Below are positions 1 through 8,769 of a stretch of 25,363 bases of DNA, piece by piece. The stretch is from positions 1 through 25,363 of the IMG/VR virus record IMGVR_UViG_3300027656_000550. One strand, 5' to 3'. The stretch is from a virus. Its lineage: Duplodnaviria > Caudoviricetes. Position numbers and translations under genes: made by a program. The stretch's first letter is position 1. Each line of letters starts with the position of its first letter. Below the pieces are notes generated by a model. It ran no database searches and had not been told where the DNA came from. It saw only the letters and a program-made list of their open reading frames with translations.

Positions 1-345
1 GACTTAAAAGAAAAAATTTATGCAGATTCCCTTAATTTAATAAGATGGCCACTTGGAGATGAACAGCCTTTTCACTCAGATTACGAAAACTTTGGAAGGG
101 AACCACACGTGTGGAACTGGAGAGACATTGGCGTTGTCTTGTACCTAAATGATGATTTTGTCGGAGGGCAAATTTATTTTCCACAACACGACCACACAAT
201 AACAATTAAAAAAAGAATGCTTGCCTTTTTCCCAGGAGATAAGCACCACGTACATGGAGTAAAAAAAATAGAAGAGGGTTGTAGATATACCGTTAATCTT
301 TTTTATACTTATTTTGAAAAACATAAGGACGGTTTGCCGCAATGA
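1..345 (+). CDS. 2OG-Fe(II) dioxygenase (prolyl-4-hydroxylase-like), 5'-truncated by the window edge
   Basis: Frame +1 is open from base 1 (DLKEKIYADSLNLIRWPLGDEQPFHSDYENF...), so the gene extends upstream of the track start at 109. It shows the HxD iron motif (PFHSD), VVLYLNDDFVGGQIYFP, a distal His (HVHGVKKI) and the 2OG-binding Arg (GCRYT). Confidence 0.9.
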   Translation, partial: DLKEKIYADSLNLIRWPLGDEQPFHSDYENFGREPHVWNWRDIGVVLYLNDDFVGGQIYFPQHDHTITIKKRMLAFFPGDKHHVHGVKKIEEGCRYTVNLFYTYFEKHKDGLPQ

Positions 346-734
346 ACGACCCAACATTAGTCAGATGGCAAAAAGAAAATATATTTTTATTCCCACAAAC
401 CCATTTGTTGCTAGAAACAATTAAAACAGCAACTGGAAAATATCAAACAGCAATTTTTGAATGCGATGATATTGGAAGGCTAAGACATGCAGGAATTCAA
501 TACTCACAGTACTATATAGAAGAGAATGATGCTTTATCAAGTCATGAAAAGATAATTGCTGAACTTAAAAAAATTCAAGAAGGCCCAGTTATATTGTCTA
601 TTGCAGATGTTTATTCAAAAATTGACGCCCTAGGAATAATTCCTTTACACGTTGGCCCTAAGTTTGTTTCATTTGTCCCAGTTCGTGGGGGCAATGCGGC
701 AATAGGATTTAGAGAGCCTGTACATCGTGGCTAA
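342..734 (+). CDS. hypothetical protein
   Basis: 130-aa ORF with an ATGA overlap with the oxygenase stop and an overlap with the next gene; no motif recognised. Confidence 0.65.
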   Translation: MNDPTLVRWQKENIFLFPQTHLLLETIKTATGKYQTAIFECDDIGRLRHAGIQYSQYYIEENDALSSHEKIIAELKKIQEGPVILSIADVYSKIDALGIIPLHVGPKFVSFVPVRGGNAAIGFREPVHRG

Positions 735-1224
735 ATTTAAAAAGAAGTTAGGAAAAATAAAAAGCTCAAAATCTGGAGTTAGAAAAGTAGTTGTCCCAAA
801 CCTTTCAGGGCTTTCTAGATCAGCAGCTCAAAATTCATTAACAAGCCTTGGATTAGTATATTCAGAATCATCTACAACAACATCAGTTTCGGGAGAAGAT
901 AATACTATTTCATCCCAGGATGTCGCCTCTTCTTCAACTGTAAACATTGGTTCAAGTATAAGTTTTGTATATAGGTCTTATGTTGCTCCATACAGCAATC
1001 CACCTCCGTACAGCAATCCACCTCCGTATGATAACCCATACAGCAATCCACCTCCGTATGATAACACATACAGCAATCCACCTCCGTATGATAACACATA
1101 CAGCAATCCACCACAAGACTGTTCTGGGTACGAGTATAGATATAATGAACCTCAATGCGGAGGGCAAGGTGGGTACGCTAGTATTTACAACGGCTGCGGA
1201 CAATTCCTTGGCTGTAACGATTAA
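727..1224 (+). CDS. PASTA-like domain protein with Pro/Tyr tandem repeat and 4-Cys C-terminal module (putative virion surface protein)
   Basis: Basic N-terminus; VVVPNLSGLSRSAAQNSLTSLGL...NTISSQDVASSSTVNIGSSISFVY resembles the PASTA pattern; then YSNPPP(YDNT/P) repeats and a C-terminal DC...QC...GC...GCND segment. Confidence 0.7.
   Translation: MAKFKKKLGKIKSSKSGVRKVVVPNLSGLSRSAAQNSLTSLGLVYSESSTTTSVSGEDNTISSQDVASSSTVNIGSSISFVYRSYVAPYSNPPPYSNPPPYDNPYSNPPPYDNTYSNPPPYDNTYSNPPQDCSGYEYRYNEPQCGGQGGYASIYNGCGQFLGCND
991..1112 (+). repeat. in-frame tandem repeat: one 18-nt unit, three 30-nt units and a partial unit
   Basis: TACAGCAATCCACCTCCG at 991-1008; TACAGCAATCCACCTCCGTATGATAAC(C/A)CA at 1009-1038, 1039-1068 and 1069-1098; partial copy 1099-1112. 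There are no spacers. Confidence 0.97.
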
Positions 1225-1239
1225 TGATAAGGATAAAAT

Positions 1240-1632
1240 ATGATTAAAAACTTCTTTGCTAACTTAGATGGAGATAAAATACATTTTCTTTCTATTGATA
1301 TAAATATTGATGGGATTCCCGTAGACCCCCAACAGATTGATAAAGACTACGCATTGTCAAATGGCCCTCTTTGTTTAAATATAAGTCATTTAAACTATTT
1401 CCCAGCAAAAAGAAGCACTTGGGATGGGGAATCTTTTATTCCTCCAGATGGAGAAAGTCACAGGCCTTCATGTAATCCTGTAGGCTTATGCCTAGATGGG
1501 TGTGAGTCTATTGCTTTTATCGTAAACAACATGTATTATGGAGGTATAGGGCTTTGCGTTGGTGTAGCCAGCAATGATATGGTTATTGCTGCTTTAAGTA
1601 GCAATCCAGTAATAACTTTTGAAATAGTATAG
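1240..1632 (+). CDS. hypothetical Cys-containing protein (possible partner or chaperone of the upstream repeat protein)
   Basis: 130-aa ORF preceded by AAGGA; Cys cluster SCNPVGLCLDGC; ends MVIAALSSNPVITFEIV. Confidence 0.65.
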   Translation: MIKNFFANLDGDKIHFLSIDINIDGIPVDPQQIDKDYALSNGPLCLNISHLNYFPAKRSTWDGESFIPPDGESHRPSCNPVGLCLDGCESIAFIVNNMYYGGIGLCVGVASNDMVIAALSSNPVITFEIV

Positions 1633-1645
1633 GAGTAGGTTCTAC

Positions 1646-1666
1646 GGTATAATAAGAAAAGAGGTG
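1646..1666 (+). promoter_or_regulatory. putative -10 element and RBS
   Basis: Intergenic TATAAT at 1648-1653, GAGGTG at 1661-1666, ATG at 1674. Confidence 0.55.
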
Positions 1667-1673
1667 CACCCAT

Positions 1674-3560
1674 ATGGCAACAAATTTTCCAGCAGATATA
1701 GACGTTTTAGTTAATCCACAGCCGACTGACTCGGTTTTAGTCGTCCCACATGCTAAACAGCATGCAGACGCAAATGATGCTATTGAGGCCCTTGAGACAA
1801 AAGTTGGAAAAACTAATGATACAAACCCCAACTCCTTAGATTTTAAAGTTCGAACCCTAGAAACCAACATTCTTGATACCGAAGAAGTAGAGGATCTAGT
1901 TGGAGACCTGCTAACTACTGGAACGCATACAAATATAACCGTTGCTTATGACGACGTAGCCAGAAAAGTAAATTTAACAGCAACATACGATAACGAAGAG
2001 GCAATATCTGCAATTGCAACTGCAATTGTTACTACGGGCGGTGTAGATAAGGTCTACGACAGCGTAGCAAAAACAATAACCTTATCTGTAAATACAAATA
2101 CAATAGCAAGCCAGGCATACGTAAATCAAGCAATAGCAAATTTAATTGATACGTCCCCAGCGCTCCTCAATACGCTCAATGAAATAGCGGCAGCAATAAA
2201 TGACGACCCTAATTTTTCAACAACTATAACAACAGCCATAGCTACAGCCCTAGCATCATCAAAATCATATACTGATGCAGCAATATCTGCTTTAGGTAAC
2301 TCAAGCGATGTTAAATATGTTCCTGTATCAGAAGTCGGTCAAGCAGATGGAATTGCACAACTTGACGGTGCTGGAAAAGTTCCTTTAAGCCAACTAGATA
2401 TAGACGAAAAAATTCAGGATGTGGCAGCAGGTCTTATCACATCTGGCACACATACAAATTTAACTGCAACATATGATGATGTAACAGGAAAGATTAACTT
2501 TGTAGCAGTGGCTCAATTAACTCAAGAACAAGTTCAAGATGCAATTGGTCCATTGTTTGCCCATGGAACAAATCCTAATATTTCTGTAACCTATGATGAC
2601 GAATCTAACAAGATGATTCTAGAGGCTTACATTCCGCCTTCTACTGCAAAGATGTCTTCTAATGCACCCGCTTCTCCAATAGATGGTCAATTCTGGTTTG
2701 ATACAGACGAAGCAAGAAGCGGAGCAATTGGTGCCCTAAAGGTATGGAATGCTTTAAATGCTGCTTGGGAAAATGTAACAACAAATTTATCTTTATCTAC
2801 AACAAACACCTGGACATCTAAAAATACTTTTAATAATGGCGTTATTATTGGACTTAATGCCGCTCCACTAACACCAGTACATGGACAAATATATTATAAT
2901 ACTATTTTAGATAAGCTAAAGGTCTGGGACGGACTTCTTTGGCAAGACATTCAAGGCTCAGGAGGCGGAGGCGGAGGCGGAGGATTAGAATTAGTCCCAA
3001 CAGACACATCGTTACCGCCAAGCGTATTCTTTGTTGGTTTAATTTCACCTCCAGCAGGAGCAACATCACCAGGAGACCTTTGGATAGATGTTGACGATGA
3101 CGCAGGTTCTACTGAATTTGTATTTGCTGGACCAAATCCTCCAGCTGAAGGAACTTATGGAATGGATACGTTGTGGATTGACACAGATGAACCAGACCTT
3201 CCTTTAATCTATGCAGATGAAGAGCCTCCTGCGTATACTACAGTTGAAGGAGATTTTTGGGTAGACCTTGATGACACAAGCGGTCAATCAATTTTGTCTT
3301 CAACAACAGCCCCAAATCCTTTGCAAACAGAATTTTGGTTAGACCTAACAACAGAAGAAGGAGAAATAAGTTATTCTGATTTGTTTAAAAATAATGCTGC
3401 ACAGATAACAAATTTTGCTAGCCTGCCAGCAGCATCTTTGCACGGCGGAATGATAGCATACATATCCTCAGAAGCTTCTTTATATGTGGCAGCGGCAGGA
3501 CAATGGATAAAAATATTCCCAACCTTTGATGCGGAAACGCTGATTTGGGCGGGTGTTTAA
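1674..3560 (+). CDS. multi-module tail fibre / minor tail protein
   Basis: Four ~35-aa repeats (E-x-V/I-Q/E-D...GTHTNIT...YDD); fibre-type motif IANLIDTSPALLNTLNEIAAAINDDPNFSTTI; GQFWFDT...LKVW and GQIYYNT...LKVWDG beta modules; Gly8 linker; four acidic LW-I/V/L-D repeats. Confidence 0.8.
   Translation: MATNFPADIDVLVNPQPTDSVLVVPHAKQHADANDAIEALETKVGKTNDTNPNSLDFKVRTLETNILDTEEVEDLVGDLLTTGTHTNITVAYDDVARKVNLTATYDNEEAISAIATAIVTTGGVDKVYDSVAKTITLSVNTNTIASQAYVNQAIANLIDTSPALLNTLNEIAAAINDDPNFSTTITTAIATALASSKSYTDAAISALGNSSDVKYVPVSEVGQADGIAQLDGAGKVPLSQLDIDEKIQDVAAGLITSGTHTNLTATYDDVTGKINFVAVAQLTQEQVQDAIGPLFAHGTNPNISVTYDDESNKMILEAYIPPSTAKMSSNAPASPIDGQFWFDTDEARSGAIGALKVWNALNAAWENVTTNLSLSTTNTWTSKNTFNNGVIIGLNAAPLTPVHGQIYYNTILDKLKVWDGLLWQDIQGSGGGGGGGGLELVPTDTSLPPSVFFVGLISPPAGATSPGDLWIDVDDDAGSTEFVFAGPNPPAEGTYGMDTLWIDTDEPDLPLIYADEEPPAYTTVEGDFWVDLDDTSGQSILSSTTAPNPLQTEFWLDLTTEEGEISYSDLFKNNAAQITNFASLPAASLHGGMIAYISSEASLYVAAAGQWIKIFPTFDAETLIWAGV
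2961..2984 (+). repeat. (GGAGGC)3 GGAGGA microsatellite encoding a Gly8 linker
   Basis: Read directly from the sequence; it separates the fibre region from the acidic repeat region. Confidence 0.85.
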
Positions 3561-3571
3561 TAAAAGATATG

Positions 3572-3591
3572 TTGTATAATAGTGGAGAGGT
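3572..3591 (+). promoter_or_regulatory. putative -10 element and RBS
   Basis: Intergenic TATAAT at 3575-3580, GAGAGGT at 3585-3591, ATG at 3600. Confidence 0.5.
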
Positions 3592-3599
3592 AATCAAAT

Positions 3600-4217
3600 A
3601 TGTCATTAAAACGCTATAACGGAACTGAGTGGGTAGTCGTTGCAGGATCACGACCTGGCCCAACAGGAGCCACTGGACCACAGGGCCCAGCAGGAACTGC
3701 AGCAGCTGTATCTGTAGGTACAGTAACATCACTTGCTTCAGGTGCAAATGCAACAGTTACAAATTCAGGCACAGCAACAAATGCTGTTTTTAATTTTTCA
3801 ATACCTAGGGGCGCATCAGTTACAGGCCCAGCGGGTGTTCCAGGTACAAGAGGAACAAAGACATACACAGCTCAATCTGTTCCACAAAATGCAGGACTAA
3901 CAAATTTAATTGAAGGCGACAACTTTATAAATCTAAATACTGGAGAGTATTACGTTTATAGCGCATCAACAACAACATGGGTATTACAGGGTAACGTACG
4001 AGGACCACAAGGTATTCAGGGTAATGCGGGAATACAGGGACCAGTCGGACCAACAGGACCAATTGGAGATGTAGTTGTGGCGGACATTGAAAGAAGAGTT
4101 TCAGCCTATGAATTAGATTCACTACTTAATCTAGGTATTTATTATCCAAAATATGCACTAACATCATCTTTGGCACAGATAAATGGTACAATTATGGCAA
4201 CAAGTTTTATTTTCTAA
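3600..4217 (+). CDS. collagen-like (Gly-X-Y) tail fibre protein
   Basis: GPTGATGPQGPAG, GPAGVPGTRG and GPQGIQGNAGIQGPVGPTGPIG (4002-4067), interspersed with fibre modules such as EGDNFINLNTGEYYVY...W. Confidence 0.85.
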   Translation: MSLKRYNGTEWVVVAGSRPGPTGATGPQGPAGTAAAVSVGTVTSLASGANATVTNSGTATNAVFNFSIPRGASVTGPAGVPGTRGTKTYTAQSVPQNAGLTNLIEGDNFINLNTGEYYVYSASTTTWVLQGNVRGPQGIQGNAGIQGPVGPTGPIGDVVVADIERRVSAYELDSLLNLGIYYPKYALTSSLAQINGTIMATSFIF

Positions 4218-4232
4218 GGGAGACTAACTAAT

Positions 4233-7200
4233 ATGGCAAGAAGAGCAATTAATGACCAAGGGGTTATATTTTCCCCAGCAACATCCACGATTACAATTCC
4301 GAGATTTGTATTAAGACAAAATCTTCTTTTAATCACAAACGTCACCCAAAATAAAATCATTTACAATTTTTCAGACCCATCAATTGGTCTAGTAAGCCAT
4401 ACCCTAACAGACAGTCTAAATGATGTTCACACAATTTTAGTTCTTGAATACAACACGGCTTCAATGCAGTCAACAGATAAGCTTCAGATTATGGTTGATG
4501 AGCCAGTAGAGTCATTTATGGCAGCCCCAGACATGATGGACGCAGTTGGAAAGCTAAAAATTTCTGACCCAGAATCTCTAATTGATACCGACTTTGAGTA
4601 CGGTGTTCAGGGCTCTAAATGGGAATCACTTTCTCTTCAAAATAACTACCCAACATTCTTTTCAAGAAATACAGGAGGAAACTCCCTAGATGTACTTAGC
4701 ATTATTTCAGCAGGCGGAAGCCCAAGATCAAGAATTGTTGTAATAACAACAACTCCACACGGATTAAACAATGGAGACGTTATCAGCGTTAACGAGTCAC
4801 TAAGCCCGTTAACAGACGGCACATTCCTTATTACTATTATTGACTCAACATCATTCTCATACATCTGTAAAGGAAACGTTCCAAATCTTACCAGCGTTCT
4901 AGACGGAACCTTGACAACACTTTACGGCGGAGGCATATTTGATAATGCACATATCCCTGGAGGAAATACAGGAGCACTAAACAGTTGGGCAGCAACATCA
5001 GATGGAGCAGCTCTTTCAAGAATTGACGTAGTTACTACAAATCCACACGGACTTTATCCAGGAACACCAATTTTGATTTCAGCCCCATCAGGAAGCTTAA
5101 TCAATGGAAGCTTTTTAATTGATAGAGTTACAACACCAAACTCTTTCTCTTTTATAACACAGATCCTAATTCCAGTTGGAGCTATTAGCACAGTTGGTAT
5201 TGGTCTTTTCTGTAAGCCAGAAGGATATGTAGAGCATAGACCATTTGACGGTGGAGTTATTCTAACAACGGGTAACAATGTGTGCGGAACACAGACACTT
5301 AGACAAACCCGTAGATACTTTAGATATCAGTCAGGTAAGTCAATTACATTCTCAACAGGAACAAAATTTACGCCTTCATTTGATATATCATATATTGCAG
5401 CATCAAGCACAGCAGTAGGATCAAATGCAATTACAATTCGTGTTTTGCAAGATCACAACTTGCAAGCAGGCGCAACAATTAAAATTGAAGGAATTGAAAC
5501 AGTAGGAGCATACAATCCATTTAATGGTTTGTTTACTATTAGCTCAGTAACAGATTCAAATACAATTATTGTACAAAAGACATTTACATCCACAATTACC
5601 GCAATTGATCAGCTTCCAGGTGGAGTTAACTCATTCGTAACAGCGTATCAATGGAAAGGCTCTGCAACAAGAGCTGGACTATATGACGATCAAAATGGTT
5701 TTTATTTTGAGTATGACGGACAAACTCTCTATGCAGTAAGACGATTCTCAAACAAAGAACTTTTTGGTAAAATCTCAGTAACACAATTTTCTAACGTGGT
5801 AACAGGAGTAGATACAAGATTTAGAAAACAGCTTCTAGTTGGAGACCTAATTGTAATTAGAGGTCAATCATATAGAGTAATTCAGATTAACTCTGATATC
5901 TCTTTAAATATTGCTCCAGCATATAGAGGCCCAAGCGTTAGCGGATCTCCTTATCTTAAGACACAGATTCAAAAGATCCCACAAGCACAATGGAACATTG
6001 ACACTGTTGACGGGACTGGCCCAACAGGCTACAACCTTGATATATCAAAGATGCAAATGACATTTATTGACTACTCATGGTATGGCGCAGGCTCAATTAG
6101 ATTTGGATTAAGAGGCACAGACGGTAACGTTATCTGGTGTCACAAGATGGTAATGAATAATGTCAATACCGCCTCATATATGAGATCAGGAAACCTTCCT
6201 GCAAGATATGAAACTATTAATGAACCTCTAAACTCTGCAAAACTAATTTCGGGAGGATCAGGACTAGGTGGTTCTACACTATTCCCTCAAGATACAGTAA
6301 TCTATGTCAATGACGTAAGCTTCTGGCCATCAAGAGGATATCTAAGAATTGCTGACGGAGCTAACTTTGAAATTTGCGAATATACATCAATTGGTGCATA
6401 TAACCCAACAATTCAAGCAACAGCAGTTAATATTGTAAGAAGAGCCTCACAGACTTTAATCTATGGAGGAGTTTCAACAAGCCTATTTGGAACAGCTATT
6501 CAGGCAAACTTTGTCCCAGACTCAACAATCCCTGGAGGATCTGGAACAGCACAAGTTTCGGTACAAACAATTTCTCAAAACTGTGCGCCAGTTATGTCAC
6601 ACTGGGGATCATCTGTAATTATGGATGGTGGATTTAATGATGATAAGTCATTTATCTTTACCGCTGGTATGCAGAAGTATCTTCAGGTCGGTGGATCTGG
6701 AACAATTTCAGCAACAGTTTCAGCCCGTCAAGCACTGTCAGGTGTTGCAACTTTGACCACATCAGGAACTCACACACTTGCATCTGGCACAAACGTAACC
6801 ACATCTGGTATAAATGATACTTATACACCTACATTTAAACAGCTTACCAACAACATTGCAACTTTAACAACTTCTACAGCGCATCTTTATGCAGTAGGTC
6901 AACAGGTAACTATTACTGGTGTTGATACCGTATTTAACGGAACATATACAATCTCACTTGTTCCAAGCGCTACAACTTTCTCATTCAGCAAAGTTAATTC
7001 AAATATAGGATTCCAGTCAGTTCCTAGCTCAGCAAGAGTTACAGGCTCAAGTAGATACAATGGAACATTTTTAATTACTGCTGTAGCCCCAACATCATTC
7101 TCTTTTGCCCTCGCTGGCGCAGATGAAGCACTTTCTGCGGTTAACCCTAACGGCTCTGCAGTACAGACATTTGGAAGCACACCGACACCTCGTCCGCTTG

Positions 7201-7730
7201 TTTCTATTAGAGTAGCTCCTTCAGCTGATAACGGACTAGGAAGAAACTTCGGGCTTCGTGAATTAGCAAACCGTATGCAAATGAAGCTTGACTCGGTTGG
7301 AGTTCTATCACAGGGACAGTTCCTAATTGAAGGAATTCTAAATCCAGCAACTATGAACGGTATTGCAATCCCAACAGAATGGGAGTCAGTAAGAGTTGGA
7401 TCTGGTTCTCTTGCACAGGTAATTTACCACGATGGTACAGGTATTAGAGGTTCTGGAGCACCCGTTACATCCCCTACAAATACAATTACTGGTGGAGATC
7501 GTATCTTCGCTTTCTACACAGAAAACGCAGGTGGTACTAACTTCTCAGTTACAGCATTTGATGCTAAGAAGGTTAGAGATCTTTCAAACTCAATTCTAAA
7601 CGGAAACGGGTCTCAGACAAACCCATCATTTCCTAATGGACCAGACATTTTAACAATTACAGCAACAAACCTTGGTTCAGGTGCTGCAAGCATTCTTGCT
7701 AGAATTTCCTGGACTGAAGCTCAGGCCTAG
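4233..7730 (+). CDS. large virion structural protein (1165 aa) with repeated small beta domains
   Basis: Thr/Ser/Gly-rich. N-terminal FSPATSTITI...LLLITNVTQNKIIYNFSDP resembles large phage structural proteins. Five T-x-x-H-G/N/T/L...G...NG-x-F/Y-x-I repeats. RBS AAGGGAG. Confidence 0.8.
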   Translation: MARRAINDQGVIFSPATSTITIPRFVLRQNLLLITNVTQNKIIYNFSDPSIGLVSHTLTDSLNDVHTILVLEYNTASMQSTDKLQIMVDEPVESFMAAPDMMDAVGKLKISDPESLIDTDFEYGVQGSKWESLSLQNNYPTFFSRNTGGNSLDVLSIISAGGSPRSRIVVITTTPHGLNNGDVISVNESLSPLTDGTFLITIIDSTSFSYICKGNVPNLTSVLDGTLTTLYGGGIFDNAHIPGGNTGALNSWAATSDGAALSRIDVVTTNPHGLYPGTPILISAPSGSLINGSFLIDRVTTPNSFSFITQILIPVGAISTVGIGLFCKPEGYVEHRPFDGGVILTTGNNVCGTQTLRQTRRYFRYQSGKSITFSTGTKFTPSFDISYIAASSTAVGSNAITIRVLQDHNLQAGATIKIEGIETVGAYNPFNGLFTISSVTDSNTIIVQKTFTSTITAIDQLPGGVNSFVTAYQWKGSATRAGLYDDQNGFYFEYDGQTLYAVRRFSNKELFGKISVTQFSNVVTGVDTRFRKQLLVGDLIVIRGQSYRVIQINSDISLNIAPAYRGPSVSGSPYLKTQIQKIPQAQWNIDTVDGTGPTGYNLDISKMQMTFIDYSWYGAGSIRFGLRGTDGNVIWCHKMVMNNVNTASYMRSGNLPARYETINEPLNSAKLISGGSGLGGSTLFPQDTVIYVNDVSFWPSRGYLRIADGANFEICEYTSIGAYNPTIQATAVNIVRRASQTLIYGGVSTSLFGTAIQANFVPDSTIPGGSGTAQVSVQTISQNCAPVMSHWGSSVIMDGGFNDDKSFIFTAGMQKYLQVGGSGTISATVSARQALSGVATLTTSGTHTLASGTNVTTSGINDTYTPTFKQLTNNIATLTTSTAHLYAVGQQVTITGVDTVFNGTYTISLVPSATTFSFSKVNSNIGFQSVPSSARVTGSSRYNGTFLITAVAPTSFSFALAGADEALSAVNPNGSAVQTFGSTPTPRPLVSIRVAPSADNGLGRNFGLRELANRMQMKLDSVGVLSQGQFLIEGILNPATMNGIAIPTEWESVRVGSGSLAQVIYHDGTGIRGSGAPVTSPTNTITGGDRIFAFYTENAGGTNFSVTAFDAKKVRDLSNSILNGNGSQTNPSFPNGPDILTITATNLGSGAASILARISWTEAQA

Positions 7731-7738
7731 GAGAGAAA

Positions 7739-8404
7739 ATGCCAGATTACACAACACTATCAACACAGGTTGATCTGTTTAAAACAAAAGTAAGCGCATT
7801 AGCATCTACAACACTAGATGCAAATGACCTAGTCCTACTGGCCTCAGCTCTTGATACTCTAGCAAAGTCTATGGGAGTAAATGATATTCTATCACTTACA
7901 ACCGAAAGACTTGCTGCAATTACAACAGCAACAAATAGTGCTATAGCAACAATTAATAACTCAATTAACGGACAAAGAATAACTGATGCTGAAGCAGATA
8001 TTGTTGATCACGAAACAAGAATCTATGCAGCGGAAAACTACGTAAACACAGCTGGCGGACAGATATCTGCTCTATCTTCAACAGTCACAGGACTGTCGTC
8101 TTTAGTTGCAGGAAAGATTCCAAATAACTGGGTAAATATAACAGAGTCATATTCAGCTGTTAGAGGAGATAGACTTCTTGTAACCCCAGCAGCTGGACTT
8201 ACAATAACATTGCCAGCAGCACCCTCAATTGGAGACACAGTAATTATTGTTGATTCAGCGGGAACCTCACAAACAACTAACTTTACAATTGCAAGAAATG
8301 GAAGCTTAATTGCTGGAGTAGCCGAAAACCTTGTATTTAACGTAAAGAGCAAAGCTGCACAATTGGTCTTTTCAAATACCGCTCAAGGATGGAGAGTAAT
8401 GTAA
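7739..8404 (+). CDS. fibre anchor protein A: helical N-domain, coiled coil and C-terminal beta domain
   Basis: First 50 aa are paralogous to 14917-15249; heptad-like RITDAEADIVDHETRIYAAE; C-terminal TITLPAAPSIGDTVIIVD...FTIARNGSLI...GW is a typical phage fibre domain; RBS GGAGAG. Confidence 0.75.
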   Translation: MPDYTTLSTQVDLFKTKVSALASTTLDANDLVLLASALDTLAKSMGVNDILSLTTERLAAITTATNSAIATINNSINGQRITDAEADIVDHETRIYAAENYVNTAGGQISALSSTVTGLSSLVAGKIPNNWVNITESYSAVRGDRLLVTPAAGLTITLPAAPSIGDTVIIVDSAGTSQTTNFTIARNGSLIAGVAENLVFNVKSKAAQLVFSNTAQGWRVM

Positions 8405-8769
8405 TGGCACTACTAAGCGATGTTATCGGAGATCAAGTAGGATCTCTTAATACATATAAAACTGGAAGACTAGACCTTGGCTCTCGCTCAGGCGCAGTTA
8501 ATCTAGACCTAGCCATATCAAATGATTTTACTTGCACAGTTACAGCAGCAACAACATTTACTATTATTAATACCCCAACAACTGGAGTTGTTTCATTTTC
8601 ACTACAATTAACTGGCGGAGGAGCTTTTGCAATAACCTTTGTAAATGCAAAATATCCAGCGGCAACTGCACCATCTCTAACATCTGGTGGAATTGATGTT
8701 ATTACATTTATTACCTACGACAATGGCACAAATTGGCGAGGATCAATTGCAATGAAGGACTCACGATAA
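8404..8769 (+). CDS. small fibre connector protein (paralog of 19044-19490)
   Basis: Start moved to the ATG at 8404 (TAATG overlap, upstream GGAGAG). LDLG...NDFTCTVTAATTFTIIN.P...GGGAFAITF...P.L...VITFITYDNGTNW aligns by eye with the 19044 protein. Confidence 0.7.
   Translation: MALLSDVIGDQVGSLNTYKTGRLDLGSRSGAVNLDLAISNDFTCTVTAATTFTIINTPTTGVVSFSLQLTGGGAFAITFVNAKYPAATAPSLTSGGIDVITFITYDNGTNWRGSIAMKDSR

Noticed and set aside
991-1112. 30-nt repeats as a CRISPR array
   Set aside because: Units are directly adjacent with no unique spacers, keep the reading frame of a CDS, and no cas genes are present.
905-1243. Alternative-frame ORFs with Cys/His or Trp/Arg repeats (905-1114 -, 952-1203 -, 965-1243 +) resembling metallothionein or RiPP precursors
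   Set aside because: They are shadow translations of the same tandem repeat; the 727-1224 frame has a recognisable domain and fits the operon.
2961-2984. GGAGG run as an internal ribosome-binding site
   Set aside because: No in-frame start codon lies at suitable spacing downstream; it is explained as a Gly linker.
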